A stretch of DNA of 64,000 bases from Convolutriloba macropyga (taxonomy: Eukaryota). The translations under genes were made by a program, and so were the position numbers. Each line of letters begins with the position of its first letter. Position 1 is the first letter of the stretch. Below the pieces are notes generated by a model, which saw only the letters and a list, made by a program, of their open reading frames with translations, was not told the DNA's origin and made no database searches. Positions 24,864 to 38,100 of this stretch are shown here, one piece after another. The stretch is from positions 33,728,001 through 33,792,000 of the forward strand of contig NC_134478.1 of NCBI RefSeq assembly GCF_964194025.1, in the 5' to 3' direction.

Positions 24864-27800
24864 TCAATTTTAGTAGCATCTATGAAAAAAAAGTATGTAA
24901 AACTATGAAAAAGTTCGTAGGAATTTTGGTAAAAACAGAAGTCAAATTGACGCACATGAATTTTTTTAAAATTTAACGAAACACGAAATTCTGACTGCGC
25001 TTTAGTCGTAAATTGAAAAAATTTAAACAATTAGTATTTTTCTCCTTCATTTTTGTTTCCCGTTGAAATCACTGCTCGTTAGATTTCTAATTGACATTAA
25101 AAAATCAAAGTGTGAACAGTTCACAAAAATATAGCCGAACAAAAACTGATTTATAATCAAAAGATATTAAGAAATTTTAGCCCAGGGAAATAACAGCAAC
25201 AGCTTTTAATAGCCAAGGAAGCATAAACCTCAATTTACACAAAGAAAAACGAAATTAATTTTAAATGCGCATTTTTCAGAAAACCACTGACTGCTACCGT
25301 GAATCAAAAATCACGGGTCCTTCATTGTGCATAAAATTCACATTACGGGTGTCTAGAAAATACACAACAAATATAAAAAACAATGACGACAAAGTAGGAA
25401 AAGATGAAGTTTGAAAAATGAGATTATCAATATAATCTTCAAAACAAATGTCACTAATGACTCTAAAAGCAAGAAGCATCAAAAAATTGAAAGACGTAAC
25501 TGCGTAAAAAGCAGTACCCAAATTGAGCAAATCACCAAAATAAAACAAATACCAGTTTTTAGAAAAGACTGAGGGTCAAATTTGTAAAACTGCCAAAAAT
25601 GCTGTCAAAACAACCAAAATTTGAAACCGCGAAAGAAACTGAAACTGAAATTGGTTTGGAATTATGCCTAATTATAAAACCGAAGACCTTATAAAAATCA
25701 GCGAGTGACAAGACAACAATAAAAACAAGGATAAGCAAAGCCCAAAAATTCCAATACTTTTTAAATAAAGGTGATCTGAGTCAAGAATACCAACAGCCAA
25801 AACTAAAAACTTTAATGGGTCCAAGTACGCATCATCAGAGACCTGATAAAACCCACAAAACCAAAAAAAAATTAATGAAAACAAGTGGAGAAGTAAAAAA
25901 TGTTGCTATCAATTAAAAGACCTAAAATAAATCATTTATTGCTCAAAAATATGACCTGTTAATTTTAAAACTAAGAGTTAAACTTACAAAAACAACAACA
26001 TACACCGTTAAATTCCAAAGATTCGCCTATTCTTTTATGAAAACAAATAGTGGCAAAATCTTAAAAACAATGAGCTTCCCTTTGAAGGCACAAAAAGTAA
26101 TAATTACGCACCATTACATCACAAATATTCCCACTAAATAGCATTCGTGAAGGACATCAGATGAGAGAGCGAAAACAGAAGTTAAATTGCGGCTTAAATT
26201 TTTGCTTAAACAGCAAAAAATCGCACAAACTTATTTCTCACTGCACTTTAGAAATAGTTTTTAAAAACCTCAACCTTATAAAATATTAGCTTTTAGGGTT
26301 TTTTACTACTCAAACGTCAAGAAATCACCACTCGAAATTTATTACGTCTCACAAATCTTCGAAAAAAAATTTAAAAGGAGCGCCCCAGTATTATCCAAAC
26401 CATTTGGATTTAAGAGAAACCAAGATCAGACTAATAAAATAACCTTGCTATCACTTCGTGGCCACTAAAAAATTAATTAATGTTTTTACTGATCAGGAGC
26501 TAATCCGTTTAGGCTATGAAATAATCCTTCTTTTGCTTCGAAAGATCAACGCCTGTTTTTTTTTGAAAAAAATGTGATGAGATGCGGTCACAACATTACC
26601 TAGCCTCCTTGTTACATAGAACCCTTCAATGTAACATCATAGATAGGATAGAATAGATTCGAAATCGCAATATCCAAACAACAGTTACATCTCGTCTTGA
26701 ATCCCACCTGAGTTTTTCTCAATCCCACAGGAAAATGGTCTTTCGAACTTAATAAGAAGCTCGAAGATATTTCTCATCTCAAATGACCAACAGTTATTGC
26801 TAAATCATTTGATAAACATAAACTGACTGATGTCGAGAGAATTGCTCTCGAATGACAGGCGGGTGGAAAAACATTTCTCCCCACCGTGATTCGAACCATT
26901 GCCCTCCCACTTCATCAATTTTACTAGCATTTATGAAAAAAAAAGTATGTAAAACTATGAAAAAGTTCGTAGGAATTTTGGTAAAAGACAAGTCGAATTG
27001 TGGCACATGAAAATTTTCTCAAAATTCAACCAAACCCGAAATTCTGACTGCGCTTTAGTCGTAAATTGAAAAAATTTAACCAATTAAATTTTGCTCCTTC
27101 ATTTTTGTTTACCGTTGAAATCACTGCATCTTAGATTTCTAATTCACATTAAAAAATCAAAGAAAGTGTGAACAGTTCACAAAAATATAGCCGAACAAAA
27201 ACTGATTTATAATCAAAAGATATTAAAAAATTTTAGCCCAGGGAAATAACAGCAACAGCTTTTGATAGCCAAGGAAGCATAAACCTCAATTTACACAAAG
27301 AAAAACGAAATTAATTCTAAATGCGCATTTTTCAGAAAACCACTGACTGCTACCGTGAATCAAAAATCACGGGTCCTTCATTGTGCATAAAATTCACATT
27401 ACGGGTGTCTAGAAAATACACAAATATAAAAAACAATGACGACAAAGTAGGAAAAGATGAAGTTTGAAAAATGAGATTATCAATATAATCTTGAAAACAA
27501 ATGTCACTAATGTCTTTAAAAGCAAGAAGCATCAAAAAATTGAAGGACGTAACTGCGTAAAAACCAGTACCCAAATTGAGCAAATCACCAAAATAAAACA
27601 CATACCAGTTTTTAGAAAAGACTGAGGGTCAAATTTGTAAAACTGCCAAAAATGCTGTCAAAACAACCAAAAATTGAAACCGCGAAAGAAACTGAAACTG
27701 AAATTGGTTTGGAATTATGCCTAATTATAAAACCGAAGACCTTATAAAAATCAGCGAGTGACAAGACAACAATAAAAACAAGGATAAGCAAAGCCCAAAA

Positions 27801-30800
27801 TTTCCAATACTTTTTAAATAAAGATGATCTGAGTCAAGAATACCAACAGCCAAAACTAAAAACTTTAATGGGTCCAAGTACGCATCATCAGAGACCCCAT
27901 GACACCCGCCATTAATGAGATTAAGTGACAGCTCATCAAAAATAACTACAATTACCAGCAACAAAACTTTATTTTATTAATACAAATAGTATGAGTCATT
28001 GAAACCATTATCTATCATATCTCACATCTAAAATGCTTCTTTTATACATGAAAGGAAGCGAGAAGATCTATCATTAGTTTGACCAGGCAACATGACAAAA
28101 AGGACAAGTACTGATAAAACCCACAAAACCAAAAAAAAATTAATGAAAACAAGTGGAGAAGTAATAAATGTTGCTATCAATTAAAAGACCTAAAATAAAT
28201 CATTTTTTGCTCAAAAATATGACCTGTTAATTTTAAAACTAAGAGTTAAACTTACAAAAACAACAACATACACCGTTAAATTCCAAAGATTCGCCTATTT
28301 TTTTATGAAAACAAATAGTGGCAAAATCTTAAAAACAATGAGCTTCCCTTTGAAGGCACAAAAAGTAATAATTACGCACCATTACATCACAAATATTCCG
28401 ACTAAATAGCATTCGTGAAGGACATCAGATGAGAGAGCGAAAACAGAAGTTAAATTGCGGCTTAAATTTTTGCTTAAACAGCAAAAAATCGCACAAACTT
28501 ATTTCTCACTGCACTTTAGAAATAGTTTTTAAAAACCTCAACCTTATAAAATATTAGCTTTTAGGGTTTTTTACTACTCAAACGTCAAGAAATCACCACT
28601 CGAATTTTATTACGTCTCACAAATCTTCGAAAAAAAATTTAAAAGGAGCGCCCCAGTATTATCCAAACCATTTGGATTTAAGAGAAACCATGATCAGACT
28701 AATAAAATAACCTTGCTATCACTTCGTAGCCACTAAAAAATTAATTAATGTTTTTACTGATCAGGAGCTAATCCGTTTAGGCTATGAAATAATCCTTCTT
28801 TTGCTTCGAAAGATCAACGTCTGTTTTCTTTTGAAAAAAATGTGATGAGATGCGGTCACAACATTATATGCTTCTTATTACCTAGCCTCCTTGTTACATA
28901 GAACCCTTCAATGTAACATCATAGATAGGATAGAATAGATTCGAAATCGCAATACCCAAACAACAGTTACATCTCGTCTTGAATCCCACCTGAGTTTTTC
29001 TCAATCCCACAGGAAAATGGTCTTTCGAACTTAATAAGAAGCTCGAAGATATTTCTCATCTCAAATGACCAACAGTTATTGCTAAATCAATTGATAAACA
29101 TAAACTGACTGATGTCGAAAGAATTGCACTCGAATGACAGGCGGGTGGAAAAACATTTCTCCCCACCGTGATTCGAACCATTGCCCTCCCACTTCATCAA
29201 TTTTACTAGCATTTATGAAAAAAAAAGTATGTAAAACTATGAAAAAGTTCGTAGGAATTTTGGTAAAAGACAAGTCAAAATGTGGCAAATGAAAATTTTC
29301 TCAAAATTTAACCAAACCCGAAAATCTGACTGCGCTTTAGTCGTAAATTGAAAAAATTGAACCAATTAAATTTTGCTCCTTCATTTTTGTTTACCGTTGA
29401 AATCACTGCATGTTAGATTTCTAATTCACATTAAAAAATCAAAGAAAGTGTGAACAGTTCACAAAAATATAGCCCAACAAAAACTGATTTATAATCAAAA
29501 TATATTAAGAAATTTTAGCCCAGGGAAATAACAGCAACAGCTTTTGATAGACAAGGAAGCATAAACCTCAATTTACGCAAAGAAAAAGGAAATTAATTCC
29601 AAATAAATGCGCATTTTTCAAAAAACTACTGACTGCTGCCGTGAATCAAAAATCACGGGTCCTTCATTGTACATTCCATTCACTTTACGGGTCTCTAGAA
29701 AATACACAACAAATTATAAAAACCAATGAAGACAAAGGACAAAGTAAAAGGACGAAGATGAAGTTTGAAAAAACGAGATTATCAATATAATCATCAAAAC
29801 AAATGTCACTAATGTCTTTAAAAGCAAGAAGCACCAAAATAAATGAAAGACATAACTGCGTAAAATCCAGTACCCAAATTGAGCAAATCACCAAATTAAA
29901 ACACATACCAGTTTTTAGAAACGACTGAGGCTCAAATTTGTAAAACTGCCAAAAATGCTGTCAAAACAATCAAAATTTGAAATCGCGAAAGAAACTGAAT
30001 TTTGTTTGGAATTATGCCTAATTATAAAACCGAAGACCTTATAAAAATCAGCCAGTGACACGACAATAATAAAAACAAGGATGAGCAAAGCCCAAAAATT
30101 CCAAAACTTTGTTAAATGAAGATGATCTAAGTCAAGAATACCAACAGCCAGAAGAAAAAACTTTAATGGGTCCAAGTACGCATCATCAGAGACCCCATGA
30201 CACCCACCATTAATGAGATTAAAAGACAGCTCATCAAAAATAACTACAATTACCAGCAAGAAACACAATTATTTATTTTATTAATACAAATAGTATGAGT
30301 CATTAAAAGCATTATCTATCATATGTTTATCTAAAATATCTAAAATGTTTCTTTTATACATGAAATGAAGCAATAAGATCAATCATTAGTTTGACTACGC
30401 AACATGATAAAATAGGGCAAGTACTGATAAAACCCACAAAACCATAAAAAAAATTAGTGAAAACAAGTGGAGAAGTAATAAATGTTGCTCTCAATTAAAA
30501 GACCTAAAATAAATGATTTATTGCTCAAAACTATGACCTGTCAATTTTAAAACTAAGAGTTAAACTTTCAAAAACAACAACATACACCGTTAAATTCCAA
30601 AGATTCGCCTATTCTTTTATGAAAACAAATAGTGGCAAAATCTTAAGAACAATGAGCTTCCCTTTGAAGGCACAAAAAGTAATAATTACGCACCATTACA
30701 TCACATATATTCCCACTAAATAGCATTCGTGAAGGACATCAGATGAGAAAGAGCGAAAACAGAAGTTTAATTGAGGCTTAAATTTTTGCTTAAACAGCAA

Positions 30801-31532
30801 GAAATCGCACAAACTTATTTATCATTGGACTTTAGAAATAGTTTTAAAAAAACTCAACGTTATAAAATATTAGCTTTTAGGGTTTTTACTACTCAAATGT
30901 CCAGAAATCACTACTCGAATTTTATTACTTCTCACAAATCTTCGAAAAAAATTTAAAAAGGAGCACCCCAGTATTATCCAAACCATTTGGATTTTAGAGA
31001 AACCGAGATCAGACTAATAATATAACCTTGCTATCACTTCGTGGTCACTAAAAAATTAATTAATGTTTTTACTGCTCAGGAGCTAATCCGTCTACAGACT
31101 ACGAAATAATCCTTCTTTTGTTTCGAAAGATCAACTTCTGTTTTTTTTTTGAAAAAAATGTGATGAGATGCGGTCAGAAAATTATATGCTTCTTATTACC
31201 TAGCCTCCTTGTTACATAGAACCCTTCAATGTAACATCATAGATAGGATAGAATAGCTTCGAAATCGCAATACACAAACAACAGTTACATCTCGTCTTAA
31301 ATCCCACCTGAGTTTTTCTCAATTCCATTGTAAATGGGCCTTTCGAACTTAATAAGAAGCTCGAAGATATTTCTCATCTCAAATGACCAACAGTTATTGC
31401 TAAATGACGACTTATTGCCCAAATCATTTGAAAAACAAACTGACTGATGTCGGAAGAATTGCTCTCGAATGACAGGCGGGTGGAAAAACATTTCACCCCA
31501 CCGTAATTCGAACCATTACCCTCCCACTTCAT
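24864..31532. repeat. Tandem triplication of a ~2.05-2.3 kb unit in eIF2A intron 1 (units start at 24864, 26915, 29197)
   Basis: Identical landmarks repeat ('aaaagtatgtaaaactatgaaaaagttcgtagg', 'gggtccaagtacgcatcatcagagacc'). Unit 1 lacks a ~215-bp block present in units 2 and 3. Confidence 0.95.
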
Positions 31533-32083
31533 AACCATATGCACTACCAACTGTGCTATTTGGCCCTTAATAGAAAGGATAGAATAGCTTCGAAATTGCG
31601 ATACCCAAACAACAGACAGTTACATCTCGTCTTAAATCCCACCTGAGTTTCTGCCAACCCGATTGGAAAATGGCCTTTAGTACTTAATAAGAAGCTCGAA
31701 GATATTTCTCATCTCAAATGACCAACAGTTATTGCTAAATGATGACTTATTGCTCAAATCATTTGACAAACATAAACCGACTAATGTGATTCGAACCCCA
31801 CCGTGATTCGAACCATTGCCCTCCCGCTTCATAAACATATGCACTACCAACTGTGCTACTTGGCCCTTCATTGTGCTTCGCTGCAACCCAGTTTATATTA
31901 GCAACAAGCTTTACTTCGGAGTGAGAGCCATAGAGATCACTCAAAAATGAAAGCTAGAAAAAGTCACTTAACAAGTCAAAGAATGTTCTAGAAGAAAAAC
32001 GCAAAATGGTCAAGCGAAAAATTTGCATAAAAAAAGACCAACACGTTTACAATAATTGCTATGAACTTCGTTCAAGAGCAATT
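31439..32083 (-). mobile_element. HINE family B element carrying an internal tRNA-derived cassette (locally duplicated; cassettes at ~31497-31566 and ~31796-31866)
   Basis: 5' subTIR/fold-back at 32055-32083; stem-loop plus subTIR at 31439-31472. The cassette reads GGCCAAGTAGCACAGTTGGTAGTGC...GGTTCGAATCACGGTGGGG, and the 31497 copy is followed by TTTTT. Confidence 0.72.
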
Positions 32084-32727
32084 AATAATGAATGAATGCA
32101 CTACCTCCATCATATATTCGATTTTACCATGATCTATTGATGTTTTTGCAAGCAGTTTACATTGAGTTTAAATTACGCTGATCCATCATGGCAAACTATC
32201 AGACCCCATACCAACCAAAAGGGACAGATTAGTGTACAATATAAACCCCATGAGACACTTTACCAACAATGAGACGAGGCACCTAAACAGAATAATTTTG
32301 CTTTTAATATTGTTCAGGCCTGTTTCCGGGCATTATAGACCTACAAATTGACAACGTGACAATACTTAAGACTCACGACAACATCATTGCATTGAACAGG
32401 GACAGTCTTTCAACGTCAAAGTATCTGTTTTCAAAAGCTCAAGTGAAAGAGATTTTGCCTGGCCTACTTGCATTTGCCATCGTTTGCATAGCCTCATAAA
32501 AGATGAAACTGGTGTTTTAATATTGACAAAACAAAATAATATCATAAGCAAAAAATAACATATGTCTCCCAAAGCTGCTAAATTGCAGCTGTTATCAAGT
32601 TTTTAATCTAAAAAACCTGCAATCTAAAAAAACTTTATATTTGTACTCGAGACAATATGCCACAATTCTTGAAATGTAAATTGTTTATCAAAATCGTACT
32701 TTAATATAATACAATGGTTAACAAATG

Positions 32728-32841
32728 AGGTTTTTCCCATTATAGCCCCCCTCCATTATGGAATAATTACCATGTTGGGGGTATAGGTTTTCTGACCACT
32801 AAGCTGGGGGGGGGGGCTACGGGCTATAATGGGAAAGACCC
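32728..32841. mobile_element. 114-bp MITE with ~21-bp TIRs and an 8-bp target-site duplication
   Basis: TIR AGGTTTTTCCCATTATAGCCC / GGGCTATAATGGGAAAGACCC. AACAAATG flanks both sides (32720-32727 and 32842-32849). Confidence 0.85.
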
Positions 32842-32897
32842 AACAAATGTTTGATTAATAGTCAGCTTGAAAATATGTTGATAAAGCTCTTTACTAC

Positions 32898-33046
32898 CTG
32901 TCCAGATGAATAGGTGGTGCCAATTGTTGCTCGGGCAAAGCAGATGTTGAATAAAGAAAGAACCCTTCATTGCCTCTGACGCTGAGATGGGGCAAGGCAT
33001 TTGCGTCTAATGAGTAACCGTTCCGACCCTCAACAATTGGAGACAT
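32898..33046 (-). CDS. EIF2A: eIF2A coding exon 1 (ATG at 33046; MSPIVEGRNGYSLDANALPHLSVRGNEGFFLYSTS...)
   Basis: LPHLSVRGNEGFFL matches the eIF2A N-terminus (human TPLLTVRGSEGLYM). Donor AG|GTAGTA at 32897; 149 nt, phase 2, joins exon 2 in frame. Confidence 0.85.
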
Positions 33047-33375
33047 TTCAACAGATAAACAAAATATAGAATCAATTAAAAACGAACAACAGTGAGTCAC
33101 TCCTCCAGTACGTCAGCTTCTGCCTTTCAATTCGCACAAGCTTTCACCAAATGACAAATGCATTACACATAAAATCGAGGTCTCGGATATAATATCTGCA
33201 CTGTCAGGCTTTCCCGCCTCCATGTTGCAATCTAAAACAGCAATTATGAGAAGCTTCCATATTCTCGTATTTGAGGATTAATCTCAACATTTCAATTTTA
33301 GAACATCCTTGTATTTAAGGATTCATCTCAACATTCCAAATCTTCGTATTTGAGTCTTTATCTTAACATTTCAAT

Positions 33376-33600
33376 GTAGTAGTAGTAGTAGTAGATAGGC
33401 TTTAGGACGAGACCAGGGGTGAAAATCCACCTTTAGTTTTCAGCTGGCACAATTTTGTTGTCAGTGCTACAGGAGCCACAGAGACAGAGAATTCGCCAGG
33501 TATAGGGGGCCAACTCATAGTAGCTTAATTGTTGTGATAAACTTATTAAATAGCCTAATTGTTGTGATAAACTTATTAAATAGATGTAAAAGAAACCAAT
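33376..33600 (-). mobile_element. 5'-truncated CR1-group LINE 3' end with (CTA)n tail
   Basis: Minus strand translates YYELAPYTWRILCLCGSC...* followed by a short UTR and (CTA)n. The same C-terminal TWRxxCxCxxC motif occurs at ~43320 and ~59540. Confidence 0.75.
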
Positions 33601-34249
33601 TTGTCAAATTAAAATTACTTCCAATACTTAAAACAAACGTTTTCGAACTTTACGTTCATCGTCAGGTTAAAACTGTTTTACAAATTGTTAAAAGATAAAA
33701 TGAATATGTATTTACATTTGTCTGAGATGACAATTAAAACAATTCTAGGAAACATTCTAAAAAATTCAATCGAAAATTTTTCCTTATGTACAATATTTAG
33801 CCTATTTACAACACATATTTACATCTGTTATCAATTTACTTAAAAACATTCCTATTCCGGATTTTTCGATTTTGTCCATGTTCTTGTATTTTTAGGGTTA
33901 TTCCGAATTTGCCCTAACCATAAGTATCCCTCTTGTGGAGGTTTTGCAAATTTCGTTTTGTCATGCACAAAATGTTTTTTGCCCTATGCATTCAAATTTA
34001 GTCAAAATTATGATTTGAACTAATATTTTAGCGTGAGTTCCCTCCCCCTATATTCGTCGCGTGTGTTTAGTGCCGGCTTCAGCTTGCTGATATATATAGC
34101 TTCGATGATCATTAGTTTTTCTACTGACCGACAGGCGTCCAGAATTCTCCATTCAATGTCATTCGTGGCGCCACGACATTCAACTAGATGTTGACCCACC
34201 CGTGAATCCTTCTTTTGATGTTCTGTTATCCTTGTGGTAACATGCCGGC

Positions 34250-35043
34250 TTGTTTGCCCAACATAGATGGATCCGCATCCATTACCTTTATTTACTTCCG
34301 AACAAATTTACTTCTGCTGTATTTTCAAATACGTATGCGCGCTGGGCTGAATCAAACCTACACCTTTCCAAGCCTCGCCACCTCAGCCGTAGACGAGTGA
34401 ACCAACTCCCACCCCGACTCATCACATCAGGTCGTATCATTCCAACTGATTTCATTTTTAGAGCAATTTCTTGTGTTTTGAATGTTAGCAGGCTGCGTGA
34501 ATGTGACGTTTTGATGCCAACCCTCTTCCCTCCAGCTGCTCGGACTTGGTCTTGGGTACTTCTCGTGCCAAATATATAGACGAGGGTCAAGTAAAGGGTT
34601 GTGTACACTCCTATCGAGGTGCTAAACTGCTAGATCTCGGTGATGTTATCAATCAATACCCAAATCAGAAACTGAACACTGTTGTAGTAATTGCTGGCTT
34701 CAATGATCACCTTAGTAGTATTGAAACTTTCATAGAGCATTGGAAATTCCTCATGCAGGTAATTATTGTTAAATTTAGCCCAAATAATTTGATTGTTCCC
34801 AAACGTTTACCCACAAGCTGTAATCGCTTCATAAATAAGAAAATCAGTGCCCTTAACTACGCTTTGTATAATTATATTGATTCTTGTGCCTTAAAGCTGT
34901 TTATTGCTTCACCCTCATTTAGGAATCTTCTTCAACCTAAACTGTTCTGTAAAGACACCGTGCACTTCTCCTTTCATGGAAACCATGTTTTCACTATTAT
35001 TCTGTTTAACATCATTCAATACTTTAAATATCGTTGCTGCTAG
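34250..35043 (+). pseudogene. SGNH/GDSL hydrolase (esterase) ORF, one apparent frameshift near 34545; putative ORF1 of the adjacent CRE-like element
   Basis: Block I VLGTS, block II SYRGAK, block III VVVIAGFND and block V DTVH occur in the correct order and spacing. Confidence 0.8.
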
Positions 35044-35111
35044 TACTCTCCTGTAATTAACTTAATCTAGTCCCCAAAGTGCAGCTTTCCGGACTCCTAG
35101 CCCGTAGCCTG

Positions 35112-38100
35112 ATGGCTGATCAAACCCATTGTCCACTCTGCAAGGGTCCCCTACGTAGGGGAGGTGTCTGGTGTCATACGTGCTATAAATATTTTCACGT
35201 GAAAAGCAGTGGCTTAGCCGCAGCGAAAGATTGGACCGGAAACTTCAGCTGCAAAAGCTGCTCTGAGGTCACCGCAGCCACCGAAACAGCAATCGCAGCG
35301 CCGGCACTACACAATGCTTTGACCGTTCCCGACACTGCACTCATAGATCCTGCAACATCGCACGCCACCGACCGTTCCGTCGCCGCACCATCGGATAATT
35401 TTTGGGATAACTTCCAGGCTCATCACGCGGCAACAGTGCGCAATGTATACCGCTAGATTATCACATGAAAGCCCTCATTCTTCACGCTCAGTAAGAGCAA
35501 GACAGGCGAACAGTTCGCCGAAGCCCTTCACAGTGTCCTCTCTCCGATTGCCGTAGACACGGATAGATCCGATATATCTCTGCCCCTATGTATGATACTT
35601 CCGCACTTAACTCTCAGTCGATTAAAGAACAAGGACGATGGATCGAACAATAAGACCATCAAGAGTAGACTGCGTGCATGGCACAGCTGCAACTTCTCAG
35701 AACTGTTCTGTGAAGCGAAGGCAATCCAAATGAGAAATAAATCAAGGAACAAAAAGCAACACTCTGACCTCAAGATGTTCAACGATTTCATGTCTCGTGG
35801 TAAGATCAGTAATGCTATTCGCGTTCTTTCGGATGAGCATAAAGGCGGCGTACTCGCATCTACCGATCTCATAGACGGTAGACCTGTCCTCGAGATTTTA
35901 CGCGACAAACATCCTGAAGGGCAACCCTTGGAGCCCAACTGCATTCAGAGCCAACATCCACGCACGCTTCCCTACCACCCCACTGTTTTCGACAAAATCA
36001 GTGCTAGGCTTGTCCGAAAGCATGCAATGAAGACTCATGGCAGTGCCGGGCCTTCAAGTCTCGATGCCGATGACTGGCGTAGACTACTTTCTGCTTTCGG
36101 GCAGACATCCACGAACCTGTTTAAGCTTGTTGCCAAATTTGCTAAGAGGCTGGCCACGTCCGTAATACCACCAGATGATTTGATTGCATACAATGGTGGT
36201 CGACTAGTGGCTCTGGACAAATGTCCAGGTGTGAAACCTATTGGTATTGGTGAAGTAATGCGTCGCACCACCGGTCGCATAATCGTCGACTGCATCAGGC
36301 AAGATCTAACATCCCTCAAGGGAAACATGCAGCTGTGCCTGGGCCGGAAATGCGGCATAGATCACGCCATACATTCGCTTCGCCTCTGCTTTGATGATCC
36401 CGAAAACGAAGCAATTCTACTAATTGATGCCAAAAACGCATTTAATGTGCTCAATAGACAAACAGCATTAGAGAACGTGAAAGCCTTATGCCCATCATTG
36501 CATGTTGCCCTACAGAATTTCTATAGCCCTCCGTCTCATCTCTACATCGGTAAGTTGACCATTCTGTCTCAGGAAGGTACGACACAAGGTGATCCCCTTG
36601 CGATGGCAATGTATGGAATCGGAGTCGTACTCCTAATACCAAGACTTCACAATGACTCCTTGACACAAAAAAGGTATGCTAATGATGGTAGCGTCGTCGG
36701 AAGTTGAAAGATATCAGGGCACTCTTCGACAAGCTCACTCAGCTTGGTCCCAAGTACGGATATCTTGTCAATCCTCCGAAGTGTCAGTTGATAATTAAGC
36801 TAGGAGGCGAGCGCCAAGCGTCAACTGAGTTTGCAGGCACAAATGTGGAAATCCCGCAGGGCGCTCGAGTTCTGGGATCAGTAATCGGTAGCTCTGATGC
36901 CAGTAAAAACTTCCTGAAAGATGCAGCAATTAAATACACAAAAAGTTTGGACAGACTTGGTCAATTTGCTCTCACCTCTCCCCCGAATGCCTATGCATGT
37001 TTGACGAAGGAGGTTCAACAGAAGTTGAGCTTCCTCTCGCGTACTACCCCCTCTATGGACGGGGTCCTGGACAAGGTAGAGCGGCGGCTGGGCCGAGTCA
37101 TACCGAACATCGTCGGCAAAGAAATAATCAAAGAGGAAAGAGAATTTTTTAAGCTCCCTCTCAGAATGGGTGGGCTTAACATCTTCATAAAAATCTTGAG
37201 AAGTCAGTTGAACTCTCAACTCCGTTGGCGTCATTTAATAATGATACATTCGAAATTTAACAATGTGAATTAGAACAAACCAAGATCAGTCTCATGAAGA
37301 AAGCAGACATGCAACGTGAACTCATCTCAAAAAAATCCAGAATCGAAAACAATCTACCAGAAATGAATATACCATCCAGCTGGCCTTGGAGAAAGGAGCA
37401 TCTAGCTGGCTTAACGCGCTTCCGTTATCAAAACACGGCTTCAACCTCACGAAGACTGAGTTCCGTGATGGAATAGCACTTCGCTACACCTGGGAAGCGA
37501 AGAACACGCCAGCAATATGCACATACGGGAAAGAATTTAGCCTCACCCATGCCCTTCATTGCGCCAAAGGCGGGTATACGCACCTCCGTCACAACGAAAT
37601 CAGAGACGTGTTTTCAAACCTGATGGATGACGCTTGCCACGATGTCCAGATAGAGCCAAAACTTCAGTTGCTCGATGGAGAAATTTTCTCGATTAATTCC
37701 ACCACTACTGATGATGACGCTCGACTGGACATCAAGGCAAACGGACTTTAGGGCTCCCGCTTTTATGGCATTTTCTTCGATGTGAAGATTTTCAACCCTC
37801 ACGCGAAGAGCTGCCCTAAGACCATACAAGATGCACACAAATATCACGAGAGCATCAAGCGAAATAAATACGAAGAGCGAATCCGCGAAACCGAACACAG
37901 CAGCTTAAACGCACTGGTTTTTGCTTGCTCGGGCGGTGCTGGGCCGTCAGCATCGCGCGTTATGAAACAACTTGCAACTAAAATCAGCCAAAAACGCGGA
38001 GAGCCGTACGCCGACACTATAAGCTACATCCGAAAAAAAATCAGTTTCGCACTTCTGAGGAAATGTGTTCTCTGCTTGAGGGGATGTCGCGCTTTCAAGC

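Noticed and set aside
25294-30268. Repeated hydrophobic ORFs (e.g. VSDDAYLDPLKFLVLAVGILD) suggesting a small membrane-protein gene family
   Set aside because: They recur only because of the tandem triplication. Frames are not preserved between copies and the hydrophobicity follows the T-rich strand.
31796-31866. Possible functional tRNA genes (also 22050-22125 and 22396-22460)
   Set aside because: A/B boxes are present, but the acceptor, anticodon and T stems do not pair. Treated as tRNA-derived repeat cassettes.
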